From the NCBI RefSeq assembly GCF_009914755.1, contig NC_060926.1: a stretch of 64,000 nt of DNA; one strand, written 5' to 3'. The position numbers were made by a program, and so were the translations under genes. Below, one piece after another: positions 1 to 15,027 of this stretch (its first letter is position 1; every line of letters starts with the position of its first letter). Origin of the DNA: the human T2T-CHM13v2.0 reference genome, Homo sapiens. The notes under the pieces were generated by a model. It ran no database searches and had not been told where the DNA came from. It saw only the letters and a list, made by a program, of their open reading frames with translations.

Positions 1-632
1 ACACAGCACCTCCTTGACACGGAGGGCTATGTGTGAACCACTAGGGACACAAGAATGCAGCAGACACTGTCCTGCCCTTTGGAAACTCCCAGACACACTG
101 AGCAGTCGTCACAGCAGGATGGTGGGGGGTAGGGGTAGGCTGGGGACACCTGAATAACCCTGGCCGGTCAGCGGGAGCTGCACAGACGAGGTTTGGAGCA
201 GGACCCAGAAGGGAGGGAGAAGAAGGGGTGTTCTGGGCCAGCGGTCAGGCCTGGTCACCCCAGCTGGCTGGCACACAGGGTGCGCGGAGAAGGGCAAACA
301 GAAAAAGGGGCTGGAGGGAGGTGCGGACCCCATTAGAGGGCCTCATCGCCCCATTGAGTTTCTCCTGGGAAGGCTGGGGAGGCAGGAGATTTTATGTCTT
401 CCTGGACTCCAGGTTGGTGGAGGAAGAAGACTCTTCTCCGTGCAGCGGCCAGTGGTAGTGACCTGAGCACTCCTCTGGGGCAGGACCTGTCCCTGTCGCC
501 TATTCAGCCCAGCCTCTGGCACATGGCTAAGCACCATAGGAATAGATTGCTCAATCTCCCCATGCCTAGAAACCAAGTCCCTGCTGCTCCTAGAAGGATG
601 AGACCACCAGGGAAGTGGGAACCTGAACTGGG

Positions 633-936
633 TTTTTTTTTTTTTTTGGAGGGGGTGCGGGGGGGACAGGGTCTCACTCTGTTGCCCAGAATGGAGTGCA
701 GTGGCATGACCTCAGCTCACCGCAACCTCGCCTCCTGGGTTCAAGTGATTCTCTTGCCTCAGCCTCCTGGGATTACAGGCTCGCACCATTATCACCCGGC
801 TAATTTTTGTATTTTTAGTAGAGATGGGGTTTCACCATGTTAGCTAGGCTGGTCTTGAACTCCTGACCTCAAATGATCCACCCGCCTAGGCCTCCCAAAG
901 TGCTGGGATTACAGGTGTGAGCCACCACGCCTGGCC
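633..936 (-). mobile_element. Alu SINE
   Basis: Poly-T plus reverse Alu consensus; TSD TGAACTGGGTTTT at 624-636 and 937-949. Confidence 0.93.
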
Positions 937-970
937 TGAACTGGGTTTTATATGATATTAAGAAATTGTT

Positions 971-1656
<686 letters not shown>

Positions 1657-1824
1657 AAGAAATTGTTAACTTTATTAACATTTGCTAAGACTTGGCATTA
1701 TAGTTATGTTAAAAAAAAAAACGAATCCCTCATTCTGTTGGACATAAAAACTAAAGTATTTATGGATAAAATAATATAGTGTCTGGCACTGTTATAAAAT
1801 ACCAAAATTTTTTTAAGTTAGCTA

Positions 1825-2238
<414 letters not shown>

Positions 2239-4670
2239 TCATGGTTTTAGTTACAAGTGGAGACAGGAACACATGAGTTCCCAGAGCACCAAACTTGCAG
2301 GGTGGTTGGAGCAGAGAGGATGAGACCTCACTCGTTCCCACCTTGGAAGTCAATGGGATCAGGGATCCCTTGGAAGTTGAGGGATGAGAGCACGGGCCCA
2401 GGGGGCATCAGCCCGTGGCAAGTCGCTCAGCAGGTTGGGAGCCTCAGGCTTCCAGCTCAGGCCATGGCGCCCCAGGTTGTGCAAGACAGAACTCCCCACT
2501 GTCTAATCCTCACATCCAGTCACCGGTCCTGTTTATTCTCACCCCAAAATCTCTCTCAGATCCACCTACCTTGCCCCATTCCCTCTGCCCACACCCCCCT
2601 CCTTCAAGCTGCCATCATCTCTTGCCCTGCCCACTCCAGTAGCCCTGGCTGGAGGCCAGGCCACCCTTTTGTCCCCATCAGTTCTCCTTGCACTACCCAC
2701 TGTGCATTAGTCCGTCCCAGGCCCTCATTTACAGGCGGGAACACTTAAAAATGGACACTTGGCTGGTTGCGAGCTTGGTGCTCGGGAGCTGATGAGAGGC
2801 ACAGACCAGGCCCCCTTCTCGGACTCCCAGGCTGGGACATTGAAGCAGAGAGCTGTGTCTACGGATGGGTCTGCCTGGGCAACCAGCTCTCCAAGAGCAG
2901 AGCTTAAGCTGCAGTCCTGCCTGGATGCAGCAGACATGGCTGGCTGGCTGGCTTCCAGAAAGGTCAGGCTGGCTGTTGATGGCTGACCTCACCGTCCTGC
3001 CCAACTGGAGAGGTTACTGTGGCCACAGCTGCCACTGTAGATAAGGTTGCCTGGGGACTGCAGTAGCCCCATCTCTGGCTCCTGTGTCACTCAAGCTTGG
3101 CCTGTGAGTGGGCCCGGAGCAGGCCTCACCCAGCCCACTGAGGATGGCAATGGTGTCCTGGGGGCCTCGCATCTTCTAGGGTTCCAGAGCCGGGGATGGA
3201 ACTGGGCTCTGGACAGCAGGATGGCAGGGAACAATGCCACCCACCCCCTCCAGAGCCTCCCAAATTAATGACCACAACAGGAGGGAGAGCAAGGAGAATT
3301 GTGAAGAACTGAGGAGGTGGTGGCTGGCCCAAGTCTGTATGATTGGAGAGGCATCCCTGTTGGTTCCTTCCATCTCCACACAGATGCTTAATGAAGAAAA
3401 CGGCTTTTCGGTGCCTCCCAGCAGCCACACACAGCCTGGGCAGGCCCCACAGAGCAGCGAAGGCCCAGAGACTTGACTTTCCCAGGCCCCTCCCACCCAG
3501 AGCAGGGCCCACGAGGCAGCTTCTCAGTCACGAATCAGCCTGTGAGGCTGGCGCTGCGCCTGGGCCTCCTGCCAGGGGCGTGAGGAAGGGAGTGCTGGGT
3601 TCAGACACTGTCCCTGCCGCCTCTGGCTCAGGGCTCACTGCCTGTGGCCGTGCCTCTTCCCCACCTCCAAGTCACCTTGGGCCTGGCAGTCCAGCTCAGA
3701 GTCCTGTCCTGCCTTCACTCTGGAGCACCTAGCAGCCACTTCACTGAGGCTCAGCTCCTGAGGATGGAGGAGCAGAGGACAGGCTGCTGAGAGGAGAGGG
3801 TGGCTGGGGACTGGGGGCAGAGGGAGCTGCACAGGGCTCCGAGCAGGCAGCTGTGTCTACCTAGGAGTGACTCCTGGTGTCGATGGATGACTCGGGGATA
3901 GAGTCTGGGGTCTGGAGGCCCTGCAGCTGGCACAGCCTGTCCAGGAACAGTCTAGCTGAGCTCTGGGAGCCCAGGCCAAGGACAGAGCCGCCCTGCCTGG
4001 TTCCCTCCCAGGCTCTCCCAGAGACCACCCACGTGGGCCCTATCAGCTGGGATCATTCTCCAGCCCTCTGGCTCAACCCACAAACCCACTGGCTCCGAGC
4101 TGCCCAGGCCTCCCTCCCTGGAACGGCTAAGTCCCAACAGCTGACCCTGGCAGGCATCTGGGCCACAGGGAGAGATGGGAGAGAGTGGCTTCAAGTGGAG
4201 GAGGGTGGCACCACCCTGGATGGGCCTTTGACCCTGAGGACACAGACTTCTGAGTGGGGCCCAGGCCTGAACAGCGGGAAGGGAGGGTGGGCAGCAGACT
4301 ATCACCTAGCACCAGCTTTGCTCTGGTCTGGCTTTGATCTCCCTCCCCAGGCCCTGGGCTCTGGCCCCATAGAACAGTTTGCTGCCCTCACACAGGCATC
4401 ATGGCTCCTTCCCTTGAAACTGGGCTCAGGCCAGTCTGTGTCTTGGGAGTGCCCGTGCCTCCCCCTGCCAGTCTAGTTCCTGCCTGTCCTCAAGGTTCAG
4501 GCCCTTCACAGGGCCCTGGCTCCCAGCATCTCATGCTCTGCATGTGCACAGCACGTCTTTCTGGAATGTGCATCCTTCTGCCTCAGGTCTGAGGCACAGT
4601 GCACGCTATGGACCACAGGTCCTACAGCCTGAGCATCCCAGAGTCCACTCCCAGCTCCGCCACTTCCTAG

Positions 4671-5393
<723 letters not shown>

Positions 5394-8300
5394 TAAAATG
5401 AGACATCTGTGGGACCTGCTTAGGCTGGGGCTCAGGATGTGCAGTGATTATTCCGCACCGTGGTGATGGTGGCAGTGGTCATCGTTCCTATGGTGAGTCC
5501 TGAAAAGAGCGTTGATTTTCTGAAGACAGGAACATGTCTTCTGTCTCAGTCTTCTCTGCCCTCCCGCCCACTCCTACTCCCCCGCCCCGCCGACCCCGAC
5601 CCCGCCCCAGTGCCCTGCAGAGGGAGCCTGCTGGGCATGGGTAGAGAGCCCATGAGAACCTGGTGCAGGTGGAAGGAAAGGGGACCCCACAGGGAAGGTA
5701 GAAGGGCCAGGGCTTTCCCCAGCAGTGGCCAGATCTGAACAGAGATGACTCTGTGTTGCTGTGGCCACTCCAGACCCCAGACCGCAGCCTGATATCCAAG
5801 CTCCCGAGGGAGCAGAATGCATCAGCCACCTCAGAGAGGAGGCGCAGCCCAGTCAGGGCCCCACGTTGTCACGGCTCCAGCTGTCCTCAGGAGGGAAACT
5901 GTCTTGCAAGCCTGGAGACTTCTGGTTGCTTCTCGGAGGAAAGGTAGCATCTCCCTTCCTTTCTGGGAAACAAACATTCCCGAGTACCAACTGCGTGCCA
6001 GGCCCATTGCTAGCTGCAATCTTAGGCGAGTCCCAAACCTCTCTGAGACTTGGGCCTGTCATCTGGAAACAGAGTAGTCTATAAAAGATTGACTTCAAAG
6101 GGCTGTGAGGACAGTCAAAGAGACCATAAAGCACAGAGCTTGGGCAGGGGTGGGCATTCAGGAGAGGTGGTGGCCCCTTCCCCTGTGCCTGCCCCTGGGA
6201 AACCCTGTCCCCTACCTGGCTGGCAGCACAGGAGACGTGGAAAAGGGACAACCCGGTCTGGGGACGGGGCGGTTTCTCCAGGCTGGGCTGCCACTGTCTT
6301 CCTTCCCTGTGTGGGTGGTGGCTCAGGGCCTGGTGGTCTGCCACAAAGGTCCAGAAGGTCCACCCTTTCTGGTGGCTGGGGGTGGCAGTCAGGGGCTTCA
6401 GGACAAGCCTCTGGCTGCTGTGGCCCCCTACCCTTCCTCTGCACCTTGGGAGCCCCAGCCCCTGGGCTGTCTGAGTCTATGCTAACAAAGTAGGAGCCAG
6501 AAACGTTCCTTTAGACACAGGTCACTGTGAGCCTTGGCTAAGCCTGGGGACCTCTTCTCGGCCCTGGCTACGGCCCAGATGCCCACCCTGAACCTTCCAC
6601 GAGTCAGGACAGGCACCATTTCCCCAGGACCAGCTGAGCAGTAAAGTCTCTTCTGGTTTATCTGGAGGAAGGAAAATGACGTCATGAGGTAAACCGCACA
6701 GCCTGAAACCACGAGGCTGGGCGCCCCAGTGATGTTTGCTTTTCAGCAAAAGTCACCATGCACACAGAGGGACAGGGAGCCCAGGCCATTGTGGTCAGAG
6801 GGTCAGGGGGAAGACAGAGGGAGATTTTTTAACACGGAACCACAAGGAAGGAGAGGCCCCCGGAGAGGACGGACGTCAGAGGCCAGAGGGCGGCTTCCTG
6901 GGGTGCTGTGAGAGACTTGTCACCTGCTGGGTGGGGCAGTCTCTGCTGGTGTCTCACGAGGTCTCGGGCTTGGCACCTGAGGCATGCAAAGTCACGTTTG
7001 CCATGGCGGGCATAATAATAGTGGCAAGAATAATAATATCGATAACGCATCCTGACCATGTGTCTCTGTAGCCCTGTCACCTCCTCACCACCGTCCCATA
7101 AGACGGGACCCTGCGAGGCAGACGCAGCCTGCACACAGAGGAGGGAGGAGAGGCTGCTGGGGCTCCGGCCTGTGCTTTCGCCTCCAGACCATGGAGCTTC
7201 TTCACCCACATGCTGGGTGCCGTCCAGCCTGAGGCCTGTGTGCAGGGTCCCGGTTTCAAGCCCCGATTCCCACCTGCTAACTGTGACCCAGGAAGCCCCA
7301 CCCCCCGCAGCCCTCAGTTTCTTCACCTGCCAAACTCCCTGCCTTCGAGGTGAGAGATTACGTAAGTAAGGTAAAGCTTATTCTTCGATACCGTTCTCTT
7401 ACTCTGTCAATGCTTTGAGCAGGGTTCCCTGGAGAAACTGGCCCCAAAGCGTGGGCCCAGACACTGGTCTTGATGGGCTGGCTGAGGCGGGAGCTCCGTC
7501 TCATGGGAGTGGATGGGAGTGGCAGGCAGGTGGGTGGCACCTTCTGTGGAGCGGGGGCCAGTCGGCAGCTTAAACGAGGGCAGAGAGAGCTGTCTAGGGA
7601 GGTCCAATGGGGCTTCACTTTTCTCAGGAATCTCAGGGTCTCCAAGCCCCCACTCTAGGGTGGCATGAGTTTGGGGGGTTCCTAAAGGAAGTCCCCTGTG
7701 TCTGGGTGTGCCTGGGTGGCAGTGTAGGGGCAGGTGTGGTGCCCACATTGTCCATATGTCCTCACCCGCCCCAGGCCCCAGGCCCTCTGCCTCAGGGTGG
7801 GGCCGCAGCTCAGCTTTGATGCCCCTGAGGGCCTGCCTGCCGGAACTGCTGTTTCAGGCAGGAGGTGGGAGGACGCAATGCAGGCGGGGTTGCCCAACCA
7901 AAACACCCTCAGCCCAATTCCTCCCACAGGCCTCCTGGAACCCGCATTTCTTCAGTGGAGTCACAGCTTTTTGGGCTATGGCTCCTCTTTTCAGTTCTTT
8001 TTCTTTATAACACAAAGACACCATGAGAGAGGCCGTACTTCACAATCCCCAAGTGTTAGAAGGCAGAGGGTCTTCCAGACAGCCACCACCAGGCCTGTGC
8101 TTTACAGAGGAGGAAGCTGAAAGGACTGGTCCAAGACCACACAGCGGGGAGCAGGTGGCAGCACGGACGCTCGAAGCTTGGTCTCTCGCTGTGGAGTTTT
8201 CTCTCGCCTGTCTCTACCGCTATCATCCTAATACTGAAGCATCAGGTCCTTTTTCAAGACACCACCAGCTACAAGCAGAGGGCAAGCCTGGGGCTGAGAA

Positions 8301-8946
8301 GCACTGTGGGGAGGAGGGGTGGAGCTGGGAGAGGGTCACGGGAGTCAGGGGCCAGGGAAAGCTGCCAAGCAGAGACAGCCTCTCCTGCCCCTTTCCCAGG
8401 GCTGACTCAGCACCTTACGCGTGAGGATTTGTCATCAACAACTGACCCCAAAAGCCATGGTGCCCTGGGGTTGGTGTCCCAGTGATGCTTTTGTGACTCG
8501 TGGCCCAGGATGACACAAAGCCCCAAGGGACAAGCCAGAGATCCCACTGGCCCAGCCAGATGCTCCAAGATTCCTTTTGCCTGTAACCCAGAACTGGCCC
8601 ACCCTCTTGCCTGGTTACTGGGGCTTTCAGGAAAGAGCAATGGACAGTGGGAAGGGCTCGCTGTGAGGCAGGATCAGTCCTGGGGCCCTGGGAGTGTCTC
8701 TTCCCTTCCCCGAGCCTCAGTGTTCTTGTCCGTACAATGGAAGTTCAGGTCAGATGGTCTCTGGATTCCTTCCCAGCTCTGAGAACCAGGTTCTACCTCA
8801 GCTGTTCTCAGAAAGGACAGGGTGGTCCGGGCTGGGCATGGGCTTGAGGCTTGTGCCCCTCTCCTAGCCCCAAGGACTTCCCATCCTTTCAGGTCCTGCT
8901 GGGGCTCAGCTGCCCAACTCTGATCAGAAAGAAGAGCTGTAAGTCT

Positions 8947-9246
8947 GGCTGGGCGGTGGCTCATGCCTCTAATCCCAGCACTTTGGGAGGCCAAAGAGGA
9001 TGGACTGCTTGAGCCCAGGAGTTCGGGACCAGCCTGGGTAATGTGGCGAAACCCTGTCTCTACAAAAAATACAAAAATTAGCCAGATGTGGTGATGTGCG
9101 GCTGTAGTCCCAGCTACTCAGGAGGCTGAGGTGGGAGGATCACTTGAGGCCAGGAGGTCAAGGCTGCCATGAGCTAAGATCACAACACTGCATTCCGGCC
9201 TGGGTAACAGAGCAAGACCATGTCTCTAAGAGAGGGGGAAAAAAAA
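8947..9246 (+). mobile_element. Alu SINE (AluJ-like)
   Basis: Dimeric Alu consensus. Confidence 0.92.
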
Positions 9247-9564
9247 GCCATGGGTGTCTAAGCTGCAAGGCCCCCCAAATCCCTGAATCCCACTAACCAT
9301 CTCCCAAGTGAGTAGAGGGAGGCCAAGAGAGGGCAAGCAGCTGTCTCATGTCTTCCCTGAAGGAACCCTCTCATGGGACAGCTGGACACAGCCAGGCGGG
9401 AAGGACTCTTCACCAGCCCCGTCTCCATAGCCCTGGCTGCCATCACTGCTGGCATCGACACTGACCCTCCAGCTCCAGCACCAGGTCACCACCCTGCCCC
9501 TCATCCATCCTCCTCCTCCACGCGTGATGAATGAGCTTTTCTCATTCAATCATTCTCAGGGGCA

Positions 9565-9783
9565 GCATAGCATGGCCAGTAGGAAGGAGGATGCGGGAGC
9601 CAGCCTGCCTGGCTCCACCACCCACCAGCTGCTTTTATTCCCTGCCTGCTCTAGTTCCCTGGCTGTAAAATGGGGATACAAATAATATCTTCCTCATCAG
9701 GTCACTGGGAGGCTTAAATAAGCCCATACTGTAAAGTGCTTAGAACAGGGCCTGCCACGTAGTAAGTACTCCATAATTGCTAT
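9565..9783 (+). mobile_element. MIR SINE
   Basis: ctgtaaaatggggata...gtaaagtgcttagaacagggcctgccacgtagtaagtactc MIR core and tail. Confidence 0.7.
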
Positions 9784-9816
9784 CATTCATCCATTCATTC
9801 ATTCATTCATTCATTC
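9784..9816. repeat. (CATT)n microsatellite
   Basis: Direct read; one interruption. Confidence 0.85.
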
Positions 9817-12247
9817 GTGAATTCTATCCTGCCTGTTTCTGAAAGAGTTGAGATGACTCACAGTGGAAATGCAATGATAACAGGCCTTTAAATTCAGATT
9901 AAAAGAACACAAGCCTAGGCTGCAGAGGAGAGAGTGTCCCAGAATCTGAGCCAAGCAAGCCTCACCTGAATACAACCTCCCGCCGTCTCATCCAAAACAT
10001 AAAGGTTGCTGGTATCAATTCTCCTTTTCTGATGAAAGGAAGCATAACAGCTTTCCAGCGGAATAGAAGATTTTTTTCTGGTTCAAACTTTATGAATGAC
10101 ATTAAACAATGCAATGAGTAGCCTCCCCCTCACCTCACCCTGTCCGCCTTTTTAATCAACTCCTGAGAAATGGGGTCTGCTCTTCTTCCCATCCCACTCC
10201 CCATCTCCAGACCCTGCGGAAGCTTGTGGTCCTGGAGAGCCTGAGAGCCCTCAGAGCGATACCTTCAGCTATCCCAGGAGAAGGACACTCTTCGCTTTCA
10301 GCACCAGGGGAAAACTAGGAAAAAGCCAAGCCACTGAGTCAATGAGGGCCTTCCCTCAGCTGCAGACAACAAGCCCCTTCCAGGCGCTTCCCCGCAGCTA
10401 CGGCAGCAAGTGCCCCAGGGGCAGGGCCGGGAATGCTCACTGAGAAATCCCAGAGCTGCCTGCACTTCCTCTCACCGGCTTCCCCTTCTCTCAGCAGCCA
10501 CAGGCACGGGAAAGGTGAGCAGGGCCTTCCACGCTCGCCTGAAAGATCTGGGGGCCCAGCAGGGAAAGGTCTCATTCCATCTCCTCCAGGACCCAGGGGG
10601 AGTAGCATGGTTCTAACTGTGGCCTGAGACCCCCTTCACGGACATAGGTATCACCAGAGAATGGCGCCCTGAGCCCTCACCCCCCATGTGTGTATGCGTG
10701 TGCAGACACACACACTTCACCAGGGCACCGCTGCCTGGCTCCGCTCAGGGGACGATGGGAATCTCCTTCCTGTCCTGCAAGCCTCTGCCTCATCTTTGAA
10801 AGACTCACAGAGCCCCCAATTCTTACCCACCTGTTAGGTGGGAAATTCCAATCTGGGCTCTGAAGGGAGTGGCCCCTCACCCCCTCCCTTTCCCAGACCC
10901 TTCTCAGCCTCCGGGATGTTTCCCCAGCAGCCCGTGGGCTTCCATCCTCAGTTGTGGGCCTTCCAGTGGGTGGGCATTCATCACTGCAGACAGCACGCAG
11001 AGGAGCCCACCCGCTGGGTCCCTGGGGCACCGCAGCCCCTCTCCCAGTCCCTGTCCCTGTTCCCTGAATCACAGGCAGCAGAGAAGCTGGCCCCATGTCT
11101 GGCCTCACTTGCCCTCTTGGCTGGGGAAGTTTCTTTTGGTGGTAGCAGAATGTGACTAGCCAGGACGTGATGACCTGCCACTCAAGGCTGGCTCATACAC
11201 TGATCATGAGAATGGTTTGCTGAGAGGGGTTTTTGAGTGTGAGGAAAGTCCCAGCTGGTCTTGGACCCTGGGTACCACTGGGGTGGGGTGGGTGGAGTTA
11301 GATCGGGACCTGGGGCTTGTTGGGTGGGGTGGGTGGAGGTGCCAGGGCCTTCCTCTCCTGCCCCACTCAGGCCTTATCACCGCTCACCTGACTGTGGCCA
11401 CAGTCTCCTCCCTGTCAGCGTCTCCCCGCCCAATCGACGCTTCACACCTTTGCAGCTGCTGATTCCCGGAGGACCACTTACACCGAGCACTGTGAGCTGA
11501 TCGATGGCAGAGTCTCTCCAGCTCATGAGTCTTCAGTGACTCCCCATTGTCCATGGAAAACAGAAGACACCTGAGGCCTTGCACAGTGGACCTTATTCTC
11601 ATCCCTCCCTCAGGAGAATCCTCTGCCTCGAGCCGAAGGCCGTGGGCTCTGCAGACTCCAGGCCTCTCCTTCCCAGGGCGGTCTTCCCTTTCCCTATGCT
11701 CAAGGCACAGCCCAAGTCCCACCTCCTCCATTGCAAGGGACACCACCCTCTGAACTCCTGTTGGGGAAAGAGCCTAGTTTTGCAGCCAGATAGGCCCGAG
11801 TTAGAGTCTCAGCTCAGTTCCAATCCCATTAGCTGGTTGCAAGTCATTAACTTTGTCAACCTTCAGTAAATGGAAATCAGGCCCACACTGTAGGTGCCTG
11901 GGGGTGCTGATGGTTGAGTGGAATCTGTTCTTTTGACCTTCCCAGCATCTTTCCCCTTCCCAGCATCCTTTCCCCTTTCTTTTGGTGATGTCGCCTGGAT
12001 TTTCTGTTGGGTATGTGGTCCAGGGGTGGCTGACCTCACTTCCTGGTTCCAGCATAAGATCATGACTGAGACCTGGCCAATGAGAATATTCCCTCGCCCC
12101 AGCCGCAGAGTCAGATTCCCGGGGATGAACTTGTGAGTCAAAACAGGCTGGTGGGAACACACTTGGGGTGTTAGCTGGAGTTATTGAAGCTTTCTTTCCC
12201 ACTGGAGTCACTAGGTAGATAGAAGGAAAGCTGAAGCCTTTAGCCAC

Positions 12248-12709
12248 TGCTGTGGGTTGAAGTGTGTACCCCAAAAAGATATGTTCAAATTCTAATCCCC
12301 TGCACCTTTGGAGGTGGCCTTGTTTGGAAAAAGGGTCTTTGCAGATGTAGGCAAGTGAAGATGAAGCCATCCTGGATCAGGGTGGCTTGTGGCTTGTGTC
12401 CAATGCCTTGTGTCCTTCTAAGAAGAGAGAAATCGAGACACAGACACACACAGGGAAAAGGCCGAGTGATGACAGCAGCAGAGATGGGAGCGCGGCAGCT
12501 ACAAGCTGAGGGATGCCAAGCATGGCTGGCACCACCCAGGAGCCTGGAGAGAGGGAGGGGACAGCCTCTTCCTTAGAGCCTCGAAACACCCTACCCACAC
12601 CCTGGCTTCAGACTTCCAGCCTGCACAACTGGGAGAGAATCACTTTCTGCTGTGTTAAGCTACACTAGTTCATGGTGATTTGTTACAGCAGCTGCAGGAA
12701 ATGAACACA
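12248..12709 (+). mobile_element. MaLR solo LTR (MLT1C-like), nested in an older MLT1-type LTR (~12020-12945)
   Basis: TG...CA ends; gtctttgcagatgt and gacttccagcct motifs; near-TSD GCCAC/GACAC. Confidence 0.75.
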
Positions 12710-12982
12710 GACACCAAATGGAGATACTGTGTCTGAGATTGAAGCCAGCACCGTGGAATCAGAGCTGCCAGGAGGGAGACGTGGACTCTCGACCCTGTGG
12801 CCACACTTGGTTCCCCCAGCAGCTGAAGCACGAAGTCTACTGGACTTACTAGACTTTCCAGTTACCTGGACCAATATATTCTCTGTTTTACTTAAGCTGT
12901 TTCGATTGGATTTCTGGCTATTTCAACTGAGAGAGGCCTAACTCTCAGTTATACAGAGACAATGGATGTAAAATGCATTGAA

Positions 12983-13141
12983 GGCCAGGCACAGTGGCTC
13001 GCGCCTGTAATCCCAACACTTTGGAAAGCCAAGGCGGGAGGATGGCTTGAGCCCAGGAGTACGAGACCAGCCTGGGAGACGTGGCAAAACGAAACCCCGT
13101 TTCTACAAAAAAATACATTAAACCATTTTAAAAAGAAAATA
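12983..13141 (+). mobile_element. Monomeric Alu (FLAM-like)
   Basis: Left monomer plus A-rich tail; TSD taaaatgcattgaa / taaaatgtattgca. Confidence 0.85.
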
Positions 13142-14775
13142 TAAAATGTATTGCATGCTGCCTGGCCAATGGGAGACAGTGGAGTGAATGTAGGAAGTAG
13201 TTAGTAGAGTAAATGGTATTTATTATTACTGCTATTGCTGTTGTTTCTATTTCCAGCTAGGCTGAGCACTCGTGAGTGGCATAAGGGCCGAGTCTCTATT
13301 GGGCGTGGGAAGCAGGTTCTGAGGGGGTGGGGCCTCCTGTGGATAGGGGGACAGGAAGCAGGACTGGGCAGGGTGAGGCCAGGCTGGGATATGGGCCCGA
13401 GGGCAGCCTCAGCCAGCCCCACAGGGGTTCTGGAGCCAGAACTGCTCTTCAGAGTCCCCCTTTGGCCAACGGTGTCAGGCCTTTCTGCTGTTGCATCCTT
13501 CAGTCACTGAAGCTGGTTGCCTGGGAAGAGGTGAGATCCTGGGAAAGGTGACTCCCTGCCACTGAAGCTACCCCTGAAAGGGCGCACGGCTAAACGGCCA
13601 CCCTCCTAGCAGCCGGGGCAGCAAGTCTTTCACCAAAGGGTGACCTGGGATGGGCATCACAGCGCCCACCACACTCAGTGCATAACTCTGGGCTGGCACC
13701 CGATAAACACTCATTATTGACAGCAGTCATTCGTTCACTCAAAACCCAAGGTCGATGGGGTAGTCAGGTGGCTGCGTGGTCTGAGATGACGGAGCTCTTT
13801 GGGGGTGTTGCCCTGGTGGAGGCTAGGGGTGGGATCAGAACCTAATGGAAACACCATAGGGGGCAGGAGGGGATGTGGCCAGGTCGGGTGTGACCAGGAT
13901 TGGTTGTGCGGCCTTGTCCAGGGCTGGCACTGATAAGATCCAAGGCGGTGTCCGCTGAATGAACCAGGCTGCTGACCAGGGTGCTGTGAGCAATTCCCAT
14001 CGCTTCCCTCTGGGCTGTGAGGCTCCTGCGCTGTAATATTTCTCTTCCTTTCTTAATGCTGATTTCGTTGTGTGTAGGGTAGAGTTCAGAGGCTGGCTAA
14101 GCCTTTAAAGGCTCCTTTTTTGAGTCTTGGCCAGGCCAACCCATGGCCCAGCCCCTATCTCAAAGCCAGGCACTCCCTCTTATCAGATAAGAAACCACGA
14201 CTCAGAGAGAGGAAGCTAGCTGTTCAAAGTCACAGTCGGTGGTTGGGCCAGGAAACGGGACCCACTTCTCCCTCCCAGGCCTTCCTCATGTGCAATGCAG
14301 GCCCCCAGCTCAGGCCACGCTCCTCTGCCTAGCGAGGGTCCCAGCCTCTCTGCCTGCATCTGGCTTCACGCACACTTTCCGAGGGCAGGGGCTGCCCGGC
14401 TGCTACAAGCCGCAGTGGTAGGGCAGTGACTTGGCTGAGGGGGACATGGGGCTTGTCATTCCTCCCAGGGCTTCTCCAGGAAGTGACAGCCAGAAGGGCC
14501 CTGGGAGGCCGCTTGGTTCGATCCCACCCCCCTTTCCCATATCACAGGTGACTGGAAAGTCCAGGCCCCTGAGGTAAGGAGGTCACATAGTGAGTTGTCA
14601 GTGGGGGCAAAACCTGAGTTGCTTATTTGTTTTCCCTAAATCGCTCCTCTCCCTGAGTTTGCATCGAGCCCCTCAGAGCAATATTTTTTTCCCAAATGGT
14701 CTTCGCAGAGCACAACACAAGAATTGGTTTTACCACACGGCCCGCGTGCACTTCTTAAGGGCAGGCTGCCCATAA

Positions 14776-15027
<252 letters not shown>

